A stretch of DNA of 64,000 nt. It comes from Chthoniobacter flavus (GTDB lineage Bacteria > Verrucomicrobiota > Verrucomicrobiia > Chthoniobacterales > Terrimicrobiaceae). The notes below the pieces were generated by a model. It was given only the letters and a program-made list of their open reading frames with translations. It was not told where the DNA came from and searched no databases. Shown here in pieces: positions 20,647-29,212 of the stretch (its first letter is position 1; each line of letters starts with the position of its first letter). The translations under genes were made by a program, and so were the position numbers. The stretch spans positions 4,051 to 68,050 of the forward strand of contig CAMCXK010000002.1 in assembly GCA_945883435.1 (NCBI GenBank), given 5' to 3'.

Positions 20647-21260
20647 GTGCTGCCGCCCGGGTGGGATTGGTCGATTACGGTAGCGGCAACCTGCGAAGCG
20701 TTGCCAAAGCCCTCGAAGCAGCTGGAGCAGACGTGAGGGCCGTTACCGAGCGCTCCACGCTGTCCGGCCTGGACGCGATTGTCGTTCCCGGGCAGGGGGC
20801 TTTCCACCAATGCGCTGCGCACTTGCGGGCCTCCGGACTCTGGGATCCCGTGCGGGATTGGGTTGGCGGGGGGCGCCCCTACCTGGGCATTTGTCTCGGT
20901 TACCAACTTCTTTTCGAATCCAGCGAGGAATCCCCGGGCATTGCCGGTCTCGGGCTTCTGCTCGGGAGTGTTCGCCGGTTCAAGGCGGATGGTTTGAAAA
21001 TCCCCCACATGGGCTGGGACACGCTCGACGAGACCTCCGGCCCCCTCCACCAAGGCCTCGGAGCGGGCACCGCGATGTATTTTGTCCACTCCTACCATCC
21101 GGTTCCCGAAGATCCCTCGGTGGTGAGCGCATGGTGCGATTACGGCGGGCGCTTCGCCGCCGCCATCTCCACCGGATCCCTGCATGCGGTTCAATACCAT
21201 CCCGAGAAAAGCCAGGCTGCCGGCCTCGCGGTTCTCCGGAATTTTCTCTCAGTTTTATGA
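20637..21260 (+). CDS. hisH: Imidazole glycerol phosphate synthase, glutamine amidotransferase subunit
   Basis: VDYGSGNLRSVAKALE, PGQGAF, the catalytic Cys region LGICLGYQLL, and VQYHPEKS. Overlaps the hisB end by 10 nt; an alternative GTG at 20643 would give a GTGA overlap. Confidence 0.92.
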   Translation: MPVSAAARVGLVDYGSGNLRSVAKALEAAGADVRAVTERSTLSGLDAIVVPGQGAFHQCAAHLRASGLWDPVRDWVGGGRPYLGICLGYQLLFESSEESPGIAGLGLLLGSVRRFKADGLKIPHMGWDTLDETSGPLHQGLGAGTAMYFVHSYHPVPEDPSVVSAWCDYGGRFAAAISTGSLHAVQYHPEKSQAAGLAVLRNFLSVL

Positions 21261-21979
21261 TTCTACTGCCTGCCATCGACTTGATGAACGGCGAGGTTGT
21301 GCGCCTTCAGCGCGGTCTCGCGAGCCAAAAAACCGTCTATTCGAACGATCCTGTTGCGTTTGCAAAAAAGTGGGAGGATGCGGGCGCGGATTGGCTGCAT
21401 CTGGTTGATTTGGATGCTGCATTCCACGGGGAGTCCCGAAACCTGGAGACGGTGGCCCGCATTTGTTCCGCGGTTCGGGTTCCCTGCGAACTGGGAGGCG
21501 GAATGCGCACCCGCGAGAGCATGGCCGCGGCATTCGATGCGGGTGTCTCCAGGGTCATTCTGGGCACCCGTGCCTGCCAATCCCCCGGGACATTGCGTGA
21601 TTTCGCCTCGGAATTCGGTGGCGATCGCCTGGCTGTCGGTATCGATGCCAAAGACGGTCTGGTCGCTGTGAAAGGATGGACCGAAACCACCGATGTTCTG
21701 GCGGTCGATCTCGCACGGCAGGCGGTCGATGCCGGTATTCGCACCATCATTTCCACCGACATTGCCACGGACGGAATGCTGCAAGGCCCCAACTTCGCCG
21801 AGTTCGAAAAAATGCTCACCTCGTGCGACTGCCGACTCATCGCGAGCGGCGGCGTTTCCTGCGAAGAGGACGTGCGCCGCTTGAATCTGATCCCGGGTCT
21901 TCACGGGGTGATCATCGGCAAAGCTCTCTACGACGGTCGCATCACAGGCGACCTCCGCCGTCTTCTTGAAACGGTGTAG
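21257..21979 (+). CDS. hisA: 1-(5-phosphoribosyl)-5-[(5-phosphoribosylamino)methylideneamino]imidazole-4-carboxamide isomerase
   Basis: MILLPAIDLMNGEVVRLQRG, HLVDLDAA, IASGGVS, GVIIGKALY. The ATG at 21257 overlaps the hisH stop (ATGA). The 389-aa track ORF is an artefactual upstream extension. Confidence 0.92.
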   Translation: MILLPAIDLMNGEVVRLQRGLASQKTVYSNDPVAFAKKWEDAGADWLHLVDLDAAFHGESRNLETVARICSAVRVPCELGGGMRTRESMAAAFDAGVSRVILGTRACQSPGTLRDFASEFGGDRLAVGIDAKDGLVAVKGWTETTDVLAVDLARQAVDAGIRTIISTDIATDGMLQGPNFAEFEKMLTSCDCRLIASGGVSCEEDVRRLNLIPGLHGVIIGKALYDGRITGDLRRLLETV

Positions 21980-22062
21980 CCGCGCGACATTTACGAACAA
22001 AAACTTGTTTCCAACACACGAAGGGTTACGTTGGGTTCAATCCCGAATTGACAACCCTTAAA

Positions 22063-23544
22063 ATGGCCACCCCGTCGATTGATGCCCCCTCGCGGATGGA
22101 TGCCTCCCTGGCCGCTGGAGCGTTGCACGTGCCGCTTCCTGTGGGCCTTAAAATTTCCAAGGGATCGCTGCGGGAAAGGCTTCTCATGGCGGGGTTGCTG
22201 GTATTCGATTTTCTGTTGTGGCCGGGCATCTACATCGGCATCTCCGAGGGGATTGGCGATTTCAACCGCTATGGCACAGCGGAGGTTTTGATTCCCACGC
22301 TGGTCAGCATGTTCGCCCTCACACTGGTCGGGGGATACAATGCAAGGTCGGAAATGAGATCCCTGGCGTATTCCAGCGAGCATGTGATCGCCTGTTTTGC
22401 GGCCTTCCTGGTATCTGCCGTGGCGGTATATCTGGTCGCGTCTTTCGGTGGCGCTGTGGCCTCCAGCCGGGCGATTTTTGCGGGAACCTTTTTGGCCTTC
22501 GGTATTGTTTCGCTGCTTGTGCGACGGGCGATTCACGCCTCCGCCTTTGCTTCGCGCTCGAGCCGGCGCCTGCTGGTGATCAGCGACCGGGAGGGCGGCC
22601 GGAGATTCTACAAAAACTACCTTTTGAATGGACAGCCGCAGCGGCTGCATTTTTTTGCGGCGGGTGACGCGCAGATCGGGGAACCGGTCGATGGTGAGGA
22701 TAGTCCCTGCTACGCGGCGTTGGCGGCCGAAGTGCTGCACGATTTGCAAAACCATGTGGACACCGAGCACGAGGCGATCGTCATCGCCGCTCCGCCCGAT
22801 CAATTGAGTGGCGAGATCTTAAACTCACTGGTGGCGGTGCATTTTCAAGAACTGCCGGTCTACACGATGCATTCTTTTTTCGAGGCTTACTGGCAAAAGA
22901 TGCCACCCGACCTTCTTAGCCGGACCTGGCCGTTGGATTCAGGGTTTCAACTGGTCCAGCACTCGGCTTTCGCCTCGCTCAAACGGGTTTTCGATATCGT
23001 GCTTTCGGGAATGACGCTTTTGCTGGCGGGGCCGCTGATGGCAATTGTAGCGGTCTGGATCCGGATGCAAGGGGACGGGCCGGTCATTTTTCGCCAAACC
23101 CGCGTAGGTCAGCACGGATCCCTGTTCACGCTTTACAAATTCCGCACGATGCAAGTCGGCAGCGAGAACAAGGGCCTCTACACAACCGAGGGGGACCCGC
23201 GCGTCACCCGCTTTGGCCACTGGCTTCGCATCACCCGCATCGACGAATTGCCTCAACTCTGGAATGTCCTGCGCGGTGAAATGAGCCTCATCGGCCCGCG
23301 CGCGGAGTGGATCAAATGCGTGGAGCAATACGAAAACGAAATTCCCTACGACCACTTCCGCCACCTCGTCCGCCCGGGGATCACAGGCTGGGCGCAGGTG
23401 AACTATTCATACGGGGCCAGCCTCCACGATACTGTGGAAAAGCTCATGTATGATCTTTATTACATCCGCCACTTCTCGCTCGCCCTCGATGCCACCGTCA
23501 TCTTGAAGACCCTTCACGTGATGATCTTCGGCAAGGGGCGCTGA
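22063..23544 (+). CDS. Polyprenyl-phosphate glycosyl-1-phosphate transferase (bacterial sugar transferase, EpsB/WbaP-like priming enzyme)
   Basis: N-terminal TM helices, then the C-terminal sugar-transferase domain KRVFDIVLSGMTLLLAGPLMAIVAVWIRMQGDGPVIFRQTRVG...YKFRTM...DELPQLWNVLRGEMSLIGPRAE. The start could be the ATG at 22063 or the TTG at 22048. Confidence 0.85.
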   Translation: MATPSIDAPSRMDASLAAGALHVPLPVGLKISKGSLRERLLMAGLLVFDFLLWPGIYIGISEGIGDFNRYGTAEVLIPTLVSMFALTLVGGYNARSEMRSLAYSSEHVIACFAAFLVSAVAVYLVASFGGAVASSRAIFAGTFLAFGIVSLLVRRAIHASAFASRSSRRLLVISDREGGRRFYKNYLLNGQPQRLHFFAAGDAQIGEPVDGEDSPCYAALAAEVLHDLQNHVDTEHEAIVIAAPPDQLSGEILNSLVAVHFQELPVYTMHSFFEAYWQKMPPDLLSRTWPLDSGFQLVQHSAFASLKRVFDIVLSGMTLLLAGPLMAIVAVWIRMQGDGPVIFRQTRVGQHGSLFTLYKFRTMQVGSENKGLYTTEGDPRVTRFGHWLRITRIDELPQLWNVLRGEMSLIGPRAEWIKCVEQYENEIPYDHFRHLVRPGITGWAQVNYSYGASLHDTVEKLMYDLYYIRHFSLALDATVILKTLHVMIFGKGR

Positions 23545-23552
23545 CCACCGCC

Positions 23553-25133
23553 ATGGCCGCCATGTCATTTCCTGTGCACGGGGATGGCCCGCCTGCCCGC
23601 TGGCCATGGATTCTTTTGGGAGTGGCCACTGCGGCTGTCTGGTGGCTCTCGATCCGAATGCTCTGGACCGATTGGGAGATCGATCCCCAATACAGTTACG
23701 GATTTCTGGTTCCGATTCTTTGTGTGGCACTTTTTTTACAGCGTTGGAACGACCGTCCGCCGCCTGGAAATGTGTCCTCTCCCACGGGATGCGCAGTGGC
23801 GGGACTGGGAGGGGTTGTTTTCCTGGCGTTGGCGCAGCCGTTTTTCGAGGCGAATCCCGAGTGGCGCATTCCCGGCTTGATCGGAGCGGTGGCATTCACC
23901 GGCTGGGTGCTCATGATCCTCCTGAGCTGGGGCGGGGTGGCGTGGGCCCGCCACTTCGCTTTTCCGGTTTGTTTTTATCTGATCTCGGTGCCTTGGCCGC
24001 GCAACTTCGAGGAGGCTCTCATGGGAGGATTGATGGAATCCAACGCCATCGCCGCCTTGGAGGTGTTGCATTGGTGCGGACAAGAGGCTGTGCGCCGGGG
24101 TCACCTCATCGCACTCCCAACGGGCACGATCGGTGTGGAGGAGGCCTGCAGCGGTGTGCGCTCGCTGCAAAGCGGCATCATGGCGGCCCTTTTTTTCGGT
24201 GAGATGTATCGCTTCGGAGCTTTTTCCCGCTTTGCAATGGTTGGGTTGGCGGTTCTCCTCGCTCTGGCGGGAAATTTTCTTCGAGCCACTGGACTGTCAC
24301 TGATCGCCGCAGCGGAAGGCATCGCGGCCGTGGACCAATGGCATGATGCAGCCGGCTATGCGGTGCTCGCCGCCACACTTGGAGGACTCTGGCTGGCGGC
24401 CCGTGCGTATCAAAACCGCCGTCCAAGTGCAGCCGGGGGCTTTTCATCCACCGAGTCCCCTGCCCCACTGGGACGGGGGACTCTTTTCGTGGTGGGAACA
24501 GCTCTTGCGCTGGCAACAGCCTCGCTCGGCGCCACCGAGTGGTGGTATGCCTCCCGCGAGGGGCGACGGATAGCTCCCGAAGCGGGATGGACCCTGGTTG
24601 CGGGAGCCAACCGGGCACGGCAAGTGGATATTCCTGATCGCACGCGCCGCATGCTTTTTTTCCCGGAGGGATTCAGTGAACGGTTTGTAGGTTCGGAGGG
24701 CAATCAATGGCAAATGTTTTACTTCCGTTGGCCACCGGGGCGCTCGGCCGTTCAAGCCATCAACATCCACGACCCGCGCACCTGCCTTGCCAGTATCGGA
24801 ATGACTCTGGAGCGGGAGCTTCCCGATGAATGCATCCGGATCGGAGGCCATACATTCCGATTTAGAGTGTTTGTCTTTCGTGATGGTTCCCGTCCAGTGA
24901 TTGTATTTCACTCGGTGATTGCGGAGGGGATGGAAACCACCGAGGATAGCGGTGCTTTGGAGAAGGCGGGATACACGTTGACGGGCAGGTTTGCCATGGT
25001 GGCCGAAGGACTGAGAAACCGAGGGCAACGGCTTATTGAAGCGGCTGTTTGGAATACCACCGATGTCGCCCGGGCAAAGGATGAGTTGCGTGCACAGATC
25101 GAGGCGTCACTGCGCAAGGGGGCCCAGCCGTGA
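23553..25133 (+). CDS. Exosortase fused to an EpsI-family domain
   Basis: The N-terminal ~300 aa are polytopic, with DPQYSYGFLVPIL and the exosortase catalytic-Cys motif EEACSGVRSLQ. The C-terminal ~200 aa carry the EpsI-like IHDPRTCLASIGM motif. Confidence 0.85.
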   Translation: MAAMSFPVHGDGPPARWPWILLGVATAAVWWLSIRMLWTDWEIDPQYSYGFLVPILCVALFLQRWNDRPPPGNVSSPTGCAVAGLGGVVFLALAQPFFEANPEWRIPGLIGAVAFTGWVLMILLSWGGVAWARHFAFPVCFYLISVPWPRNFEEALMGGLMESNAIAALEVLHWCGQEAVRRGHLIALPTGTIGVEEACSGVRSLQSGIMAALFFGEMYRFGAFSRFAMVGLAVLLALAGNFLRATGLSLIAAAEGIAAVDQWHDAAGYAVLAATLGGLWLAARAYQNRRPSAAGGFSSTESPAPLGRGTLFVVGTALALATASLGATEWWYASREGRRIAPEAGWTLVAGANRARQVDIPDRTRRMLFFPEGFSERFVGSEGNQWQMFYFRWPPGRSAVQAINIHDPRTCLASIGMTLERELPDECIRIGGHTFRFRVFVFRDGSRPVIVFHSVIAEGMETTEDSGALEKAGYTLTGRFAMVAEGLRNRGQRLIEAAVWNTTDVARAKDELRAQIEASLRKGAQP

Positions 25134-26992
25134 GTGAGCGCCCGCCTGCTTCACGCCGGCCAGTCCCCAAGCGTTCCCGCGCAGCGGCCAACCGGAGACC
25201 GGCCTCCCGTTCTGCTCCCCTCCCTTCCCCGCGCGGCGAAACCCCGGAAGCGCCAAGCGAGGCTGTCGAATTGCCGGATTACGAAAACGACTCCACCGAA
25301 TCCGCACCCGTTCGCCATTTTCTCCATGATTTGTGGTCGGATATCCGCGTCCGAATCGTTTTGGCGATCCTCGCCTTCGGTTTGTTCGTGTTTTTTGCGG
25401 GGCCACCCGCCTACCGTGCGGTGAAGGTCTTTCGAGCCAAGCAACTTTTGGCCCAGTGCGAAAAGGCCTCCGCCGAGGGTAATCTCACCAAGGCCGTCAG
25501 CCTCATGCGGCAGGCGGTGCTGATGGCCCCGAGCAACGAGGAGGTGTTTCGCAAGGTCCGTCTTTTCAATGCAGCCATGGGTGATCCGTCCGCTTTGAAC
25601 AGCCTGCAGATGGTCTTTACGGACGGGCTTGCGCAGCCGGACGAGTTGATTGTTTTAGCCGAGCAGTCGTTTGCCTCCGGTAAAACCGGGTTCGCTCGTG
25701 AGGTCTTGCAGAAACTCGATGGGCAACCGGGAGCCCGCAAAACGATTCTTGAAATGCGCCTTCTCGACAAGGAGGGCAACCGCCAAGCGGCCATGGATCT
25801 CGCCCGTAAAGCGCTTCCCTTGCCTGTGGATACCGATTCCGACCGGGTTCTGCTGGCCGCCGCCGAGATGGTTCTCAAATCCGATCCCGCCGCAAGCCGC
25901 GACATCCTGCAACCGCTCAGCGTCAAATCCAGCGCCGAGGGCCTCGCCGCACTCCGCCTGCTGGCCGCTCAAGGTTTGGCACTCGGTGAGCTGGAGAATT
26001 CCGAAACGCTTGCCCAAGCCCTTCGAAACCACCCTTCCAGTTCCCCGGACGACCAGTTGTTGGCGGCCGACTTGGAAATTCGCCGCAATCCGGCCTCGAA
26101 GCCGGCCGTGCTCACCCGGCTGGGCCGCGAGCGGAATGACGCCTCCGAGATCGATGCGCTTGCGTTTGCCCGCTGGCTGAACCGCCGGTTTTACCATCAA
26201 GAGGCGTTGGACTTTATCGGCCGCGAGCGGGCGGTTTCCGACCCCCAGTGGCTTTTGATCTATCTCGATGCGCTCGCCGGTCAAAACCGCTGGAATGATG
26301 TTTTTTCGATTCTCGATGCGGAAACCATTGTTGGGCTTTCAGACAGCATCCGGCTTCTTTTCCTGGCCCGCGCCGCCTCCAAGTCCGGCGACACCGATCG
26401 TGCGGATGCCAGCTGGCGGGAAATGCAACTGGGCCTTCTTTATGAGAAGCCCGAGGTCATTTCATTTATCGCCGCCTATGCCATGCGCATCGGAGAGACC
26501 GAACAAGCCCTCAAAGCCTACACGACCCTCTCGCGTCGCAAGGAAACCGCACTCGAGGGCTACCTGGGAATGATCAAATGCTGGCCCCGCGACTCCTCGG
26601 CTCTGGAACTTTTGCCTGTCTACCGCGATTTTTTGGAGACATTTCCCAACCTGACCGAGGCACGCACGGACCTGACCTACCTGCAACTCCTCACAGACAC
26701 CGGCCTTGATCAAGCGATTCCAGCGGCGGAAAAATTGCTTCAGGCGAACCCCGTTTCCCTGGCCAATCTCAGCGTTGCCGCCCTGGCAGCGCTCAAAGGG
26801 GGCGACCCTGGGCGGGCTGAGGCGATTTACGAGGGAAAAATTATCGACTGGCCCGCATCCCCGTTGCCTTGGCGGGCCGTCCGTGTGGCGGTTCTTCGGG
26901 CCAACGGGAAAACCACCGAGGCCACGGCGCTGTCGGAATCCATCGAAACCGCCAAACTCCGGCCCGAGGAAAAACGACTGCTTGCTCCGTAG
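25130..26992 (+). CDS. TPR-like repeat protein with an Arg/Pro-rich N-terminus and a single TM helix
   Basis: 620-aa ORF. The GTG at 25130 overlaps the exosortase stop (GTGA). TM segment IRVRIVLAILAFGLFVFFAG. The rest is helical-repeat-like (Ala/Leu rich, TPR-type periodicity). The start codon is uncertain; in-frame TTG codons lie further downstream. Confidence 0.7.
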   Translation: MSERPPASRRPVPKRSRAAANRRPASRSAPLPSPRGETPEAPSEAVELPDYENDSTESAPVRHFLHDLWSDIRVRIVLAILAFGLFVFFAGPPAYRAVKVFRAKQLLAQCEKASAEGNLTKAVSLMRQAVLMAPSNEEVFRKVRLFNAAMGDPSALNSLQMVFTDGLAQPDELIVLAEQSFASGKTGFAREVLQKLDGQPGARKTILEMRLLDKEGNRQAAMDLARKALPLPVDTDSDRVLLAAAEMVLKSDPAASRDILQPLSVKSSAEGLAALRLLAAQGLALGELENSETLAQALRNHPSSSPDDQLLAADLEIRRNPASKPAVLTRLGRERNDASEIDALAFARWLNRRFYHQEALDFIGRERAVSDPQWLLIYLDALAGQNRWNDVFSILDAETIVGLSDSIRLLFLARAASKSGDTDRADASWREMQLGLLYEKPEVISFIAAYAMRIGETEQALKAYTTLSRRKETALEGYLGMIKCWPRDSSALELLPVYRDFLETFPNLTEARTDLTYLQLLTDTGLDQAIPAAEKLLQANPVSLANLSVAALAALKGGDPGRAEAIYEGKIIDWPASPLPWRAVRVAVLRANGKTTEATALSESIETAKLRPEEKRLLAP

Positions 26993-26993
26993 T

Positions 26994-27944
26994 TCACTTC
27001 GGCCAAAGCATGGCAACGTAAACGCAATACGCCGCCACAAGCACCCCGCCTTCACGCCGTCCCAGTCGGAGGCCTGTCATCAACATCGGAACCAAAGCAA
27101 CGCCAATGGCCACCATCGACCACATGTCAAAACGGCTGATTTGAGCGGCTTCAAGCGGTCGCACAATGGACGCGATGCCCAGAATGCCGAGGATGTTGAA
27201 GATATTCGACCCCACCACATTTCCCAACGCGATGTCGGGCTCCTTTTTCAGTGCGGCCACGATGGAGGCCGCCAACTCCGGCACACTGGTGCCGACGGCT
27301 ACAATAGTCAAACCGATCACCGCCTCGCTGACCCCGAATCCCCGGGCCACGGCCACCGAGTTTTCTGTCAACAAGCGTGCCCCCACCGCCAAGAGTCCCA
27401 GCCCGAGAATGATAAAACCGAGGTCCAGCGCCATCGATCCGCTTTTGGCGGGAACCCCCTCCTGATATTCGGCTGTCACGGTCTCACTGGCCGTGCGCCG
27501 TGCGAGACGCACATTGAAGAGCACATATGCCACCAGTCCCGCAAACAAGCCCACCCCCTCCCACCGGGTGACGACCCCGTCCCAGAGGACCAAGGGAATG
27601 ACAAACATCACAGCCGCCATGATCGGCGCGTCGAACTTGATGAGTTGAAATTGCACTTTCATCGGAGACAGAAGTGCTGTGAATCCAAGAATGATTCCGA
27701 CATTGAAGATATTCGACCCGATGACATTTCCGACGGCGAGATCGCCGCGGTTTTGCAGGGCCGCATCGACACTCACGAGCACCTCCGGCATGCTCGTGCC
27801 CATCGCAACCACGGTGAGCCCGACCACCAGCGGAGTGAGTCCCAAGCGCAGCGCCAGCGAAGCACTGCCGCGGACCAATCCCGCGGCGCCGGCATAAAGC
27901 AATCCCAGAGAAACCAAAATCCAAAACCCGCTCATGAGCATCAT
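26994..27944 (-). CDS. Ca2+/Na+ antiporter, CaCA family (YrbG-like)
   Basis: 316 aa after trimming to the ATG at 27942-27944. Two alpha-repeat motifs, GTSMPEVLVSV and GTSVPELAASI, each followed by GNV(I/V)GSNIFN. The 539-aa track ORF runs antisense through ruvC and is rejected. Confidence 0.85.
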   Translation of the reverse strand: MMLMSGFWILVSLGLLYAGAAGLVRGSASLALRLGLTPLVVGLTVVAMGTSMPEVLVSVDAALQNRGDLAVGNVIGSNIFNVGIILGFTALLSPMKVQFQLIKFDAPIMAAVMFVIPLVLWDGVVTRWEGVGLFAGLVAYVLFNVRLARRTASETVTAEYQEGVPAKSGSMALDLGFIILGLGLLAVGARLLTENSVAVARGFGVSEAVIGLTIVAVGTSVPELAASIVAALKKEPDIALGNVVGSNIFNILGILGIASIVRPLEAAQISRFDMWSMVAIGVALVPMLMTGLRLGRREGGVLVAAYCVYVAMLWPK

Positions 27945-28055
27945 GGGCTTGGTTCCTACCTGCGAATCCCGTCCCGTCAAGTCGGACTGGAAAGATTCCG
28001 GTGGCAGCTCCATTGCGGCGTTGAGTCGCGATAAAAATCCGCGCAATCTGGTCGG

Positions 28056-28544
28056 ATGGCAAACCCGGAAGTCCTGCTGGCTGTCGACCCCTCCCTGCGG
28101 GGCACTGGATATGCCGTGCTTGAGCGTGCAGGAGCGAAAGTGCGTTGCCTTCACTTTGATGTGATCCGCAATGCGCCGCGCCTCACGGTGGCCGGTTGTT
28201 TGCTCGAAATCCACACACGCTTGAGCGAAGCCATCACGCGACACGCTCCGGAGGGCGTCGCGGTGGAAAGCGTGATTTATGTCCAAAGTTTTCCAACAGC
28301 CATCACATTGGGAAGTGCCCGGGGGGCGGTTCTTCTGGCGGCGGCCCAGCGGGGATTGCCGATCCACGAATACGCGCCGCGCCGCGTGAAACAAGCCGTG
28401 GTGGGCACCGGTGCCGCGCAAAAGACCCAAGTGGCCTTCATGGTCCGGACACTCCTCGGCCTCACTGTGACGCCGCCGGCCGATGCGGCCGATGCGATTG
28501 CCGTGGGATTGGCCCATTTTCAAAGCCACCCGTCCCGCCGATGA
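28056..28544 (+). CDS. ruvC: Crossover junction endodeoxyribonuclease RuvC
   Basis: 162 aa. VLLAVDPSLRGTGYAVLE, YAPRRVKQAVVGTGAAQKTQV, DAADAIAVGLAH. Confidence 0.92.
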   Translation: MANPEVLLAVDPSLRGTGYAVLERAGAKVRCLHFDVIRNAPRLTVAGCLLEIHTRLSEAITRHAPEGVAVESVIYVQSFPTAITLGSARGAVLLAAAQRGLPIHEYAPRRVKQAVVGTGAAQKTQVAFMVRTLLGLTVTPPADAADAIAVGLAHFQSHPSRR

Positions 28545-29176
28545 AAATCCTTTGTCCGCCCCGAACCGGATTTTTGGCCGGGTTGGAAATGCAAAACCAA
28601 TGTGTCGATGCACTCCAAGCCGGCGCCGGTGGCGATTCCCTGATCCTGCTGGAACATGATCCGGTCTATACCATCGGCCGCACCCGCGATCGCAGCAGCC
28701 TCCGGGATGCTCTTCCCTATCCCGTTCACGAGATCAATCGTGGCGGACAGGCCACTTATCATGGACCGGGTCAACTCACCGGCTACCCGGTTTTGGATTT
28801 GTCCCGGCGAGGCCGCGACCTCCACCGCTACTTGCGGTTTCTGGAGCGTTTCCTGATCCGCTTCTCCGCCGAATTCGGCGTCGAAGCAACCCGCCGGGAG
28901 GGGCTCACCGGAGTCTGGGTCGGCAACCGCAAACTTGCCTCGCTCGGAGTCGGTGTGCGTCGCTGGATTTCGATGCATGGATTTGCGATCAATATCCAAT
29001 CCTGCTCGCTGTCCGGGTTCTCACATATCACCCCGTGCGGCCTCGATGGTGTCGCCATGACAAGCCTGGAAACCGAAAGTGGAAGCTTGATTGATTGGGA
29101 ATCGGCCCGCGAGGTGGCCGCCCGTCTGTTTATCGAGACTGAACGGGCCGAGTGGCTGTCCGCCGAAAAAATCTGA
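28541..29176 (+). CDS. lipB: Lipoyl(octanoyl) transferase
   Basis: 211 aa. LLEHDPVYTIG, RGGQATYHGPGQLTGYPVLDL, KLASLGVGVRRWISMHGFAINI, ITPCG. The ATG at 28541 overlaps the ruvC stop (ATGA). Confidence 0.9.
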   Translation: MKILCPPRTGFLAGLEMQNQCVDALQAGAGGDSLILLEHDPVYTIGRTRDRSSLRDALPYPVHEINRGGQATYHGPGQLTGYPVLDLSRRGRDLHRYLRFLERFLIRFSAEFGVEATRREGLTGVWVGNRKLASLGVGVRRWISMHGFAINIQSCSLSGFSHITPCGLDGVAMTSLETESGSLIDWESAREVAARLFIETERAEWLSAEKI

Positions 29177-29212
29177 TAAAGTTCCCTTTCTGGAACTGAG
29201 ACAGGAATTCGT

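Noticed and set aside
29177-29212. Hairpin GTTCC-ctttct-GGAAC between the convergent lipB and Na/Pi genes as a bidirectional terminator
   Set aside because: It has only a 5-bp stem with mixed composition and no flanking U/A runs, which is too weak to call.
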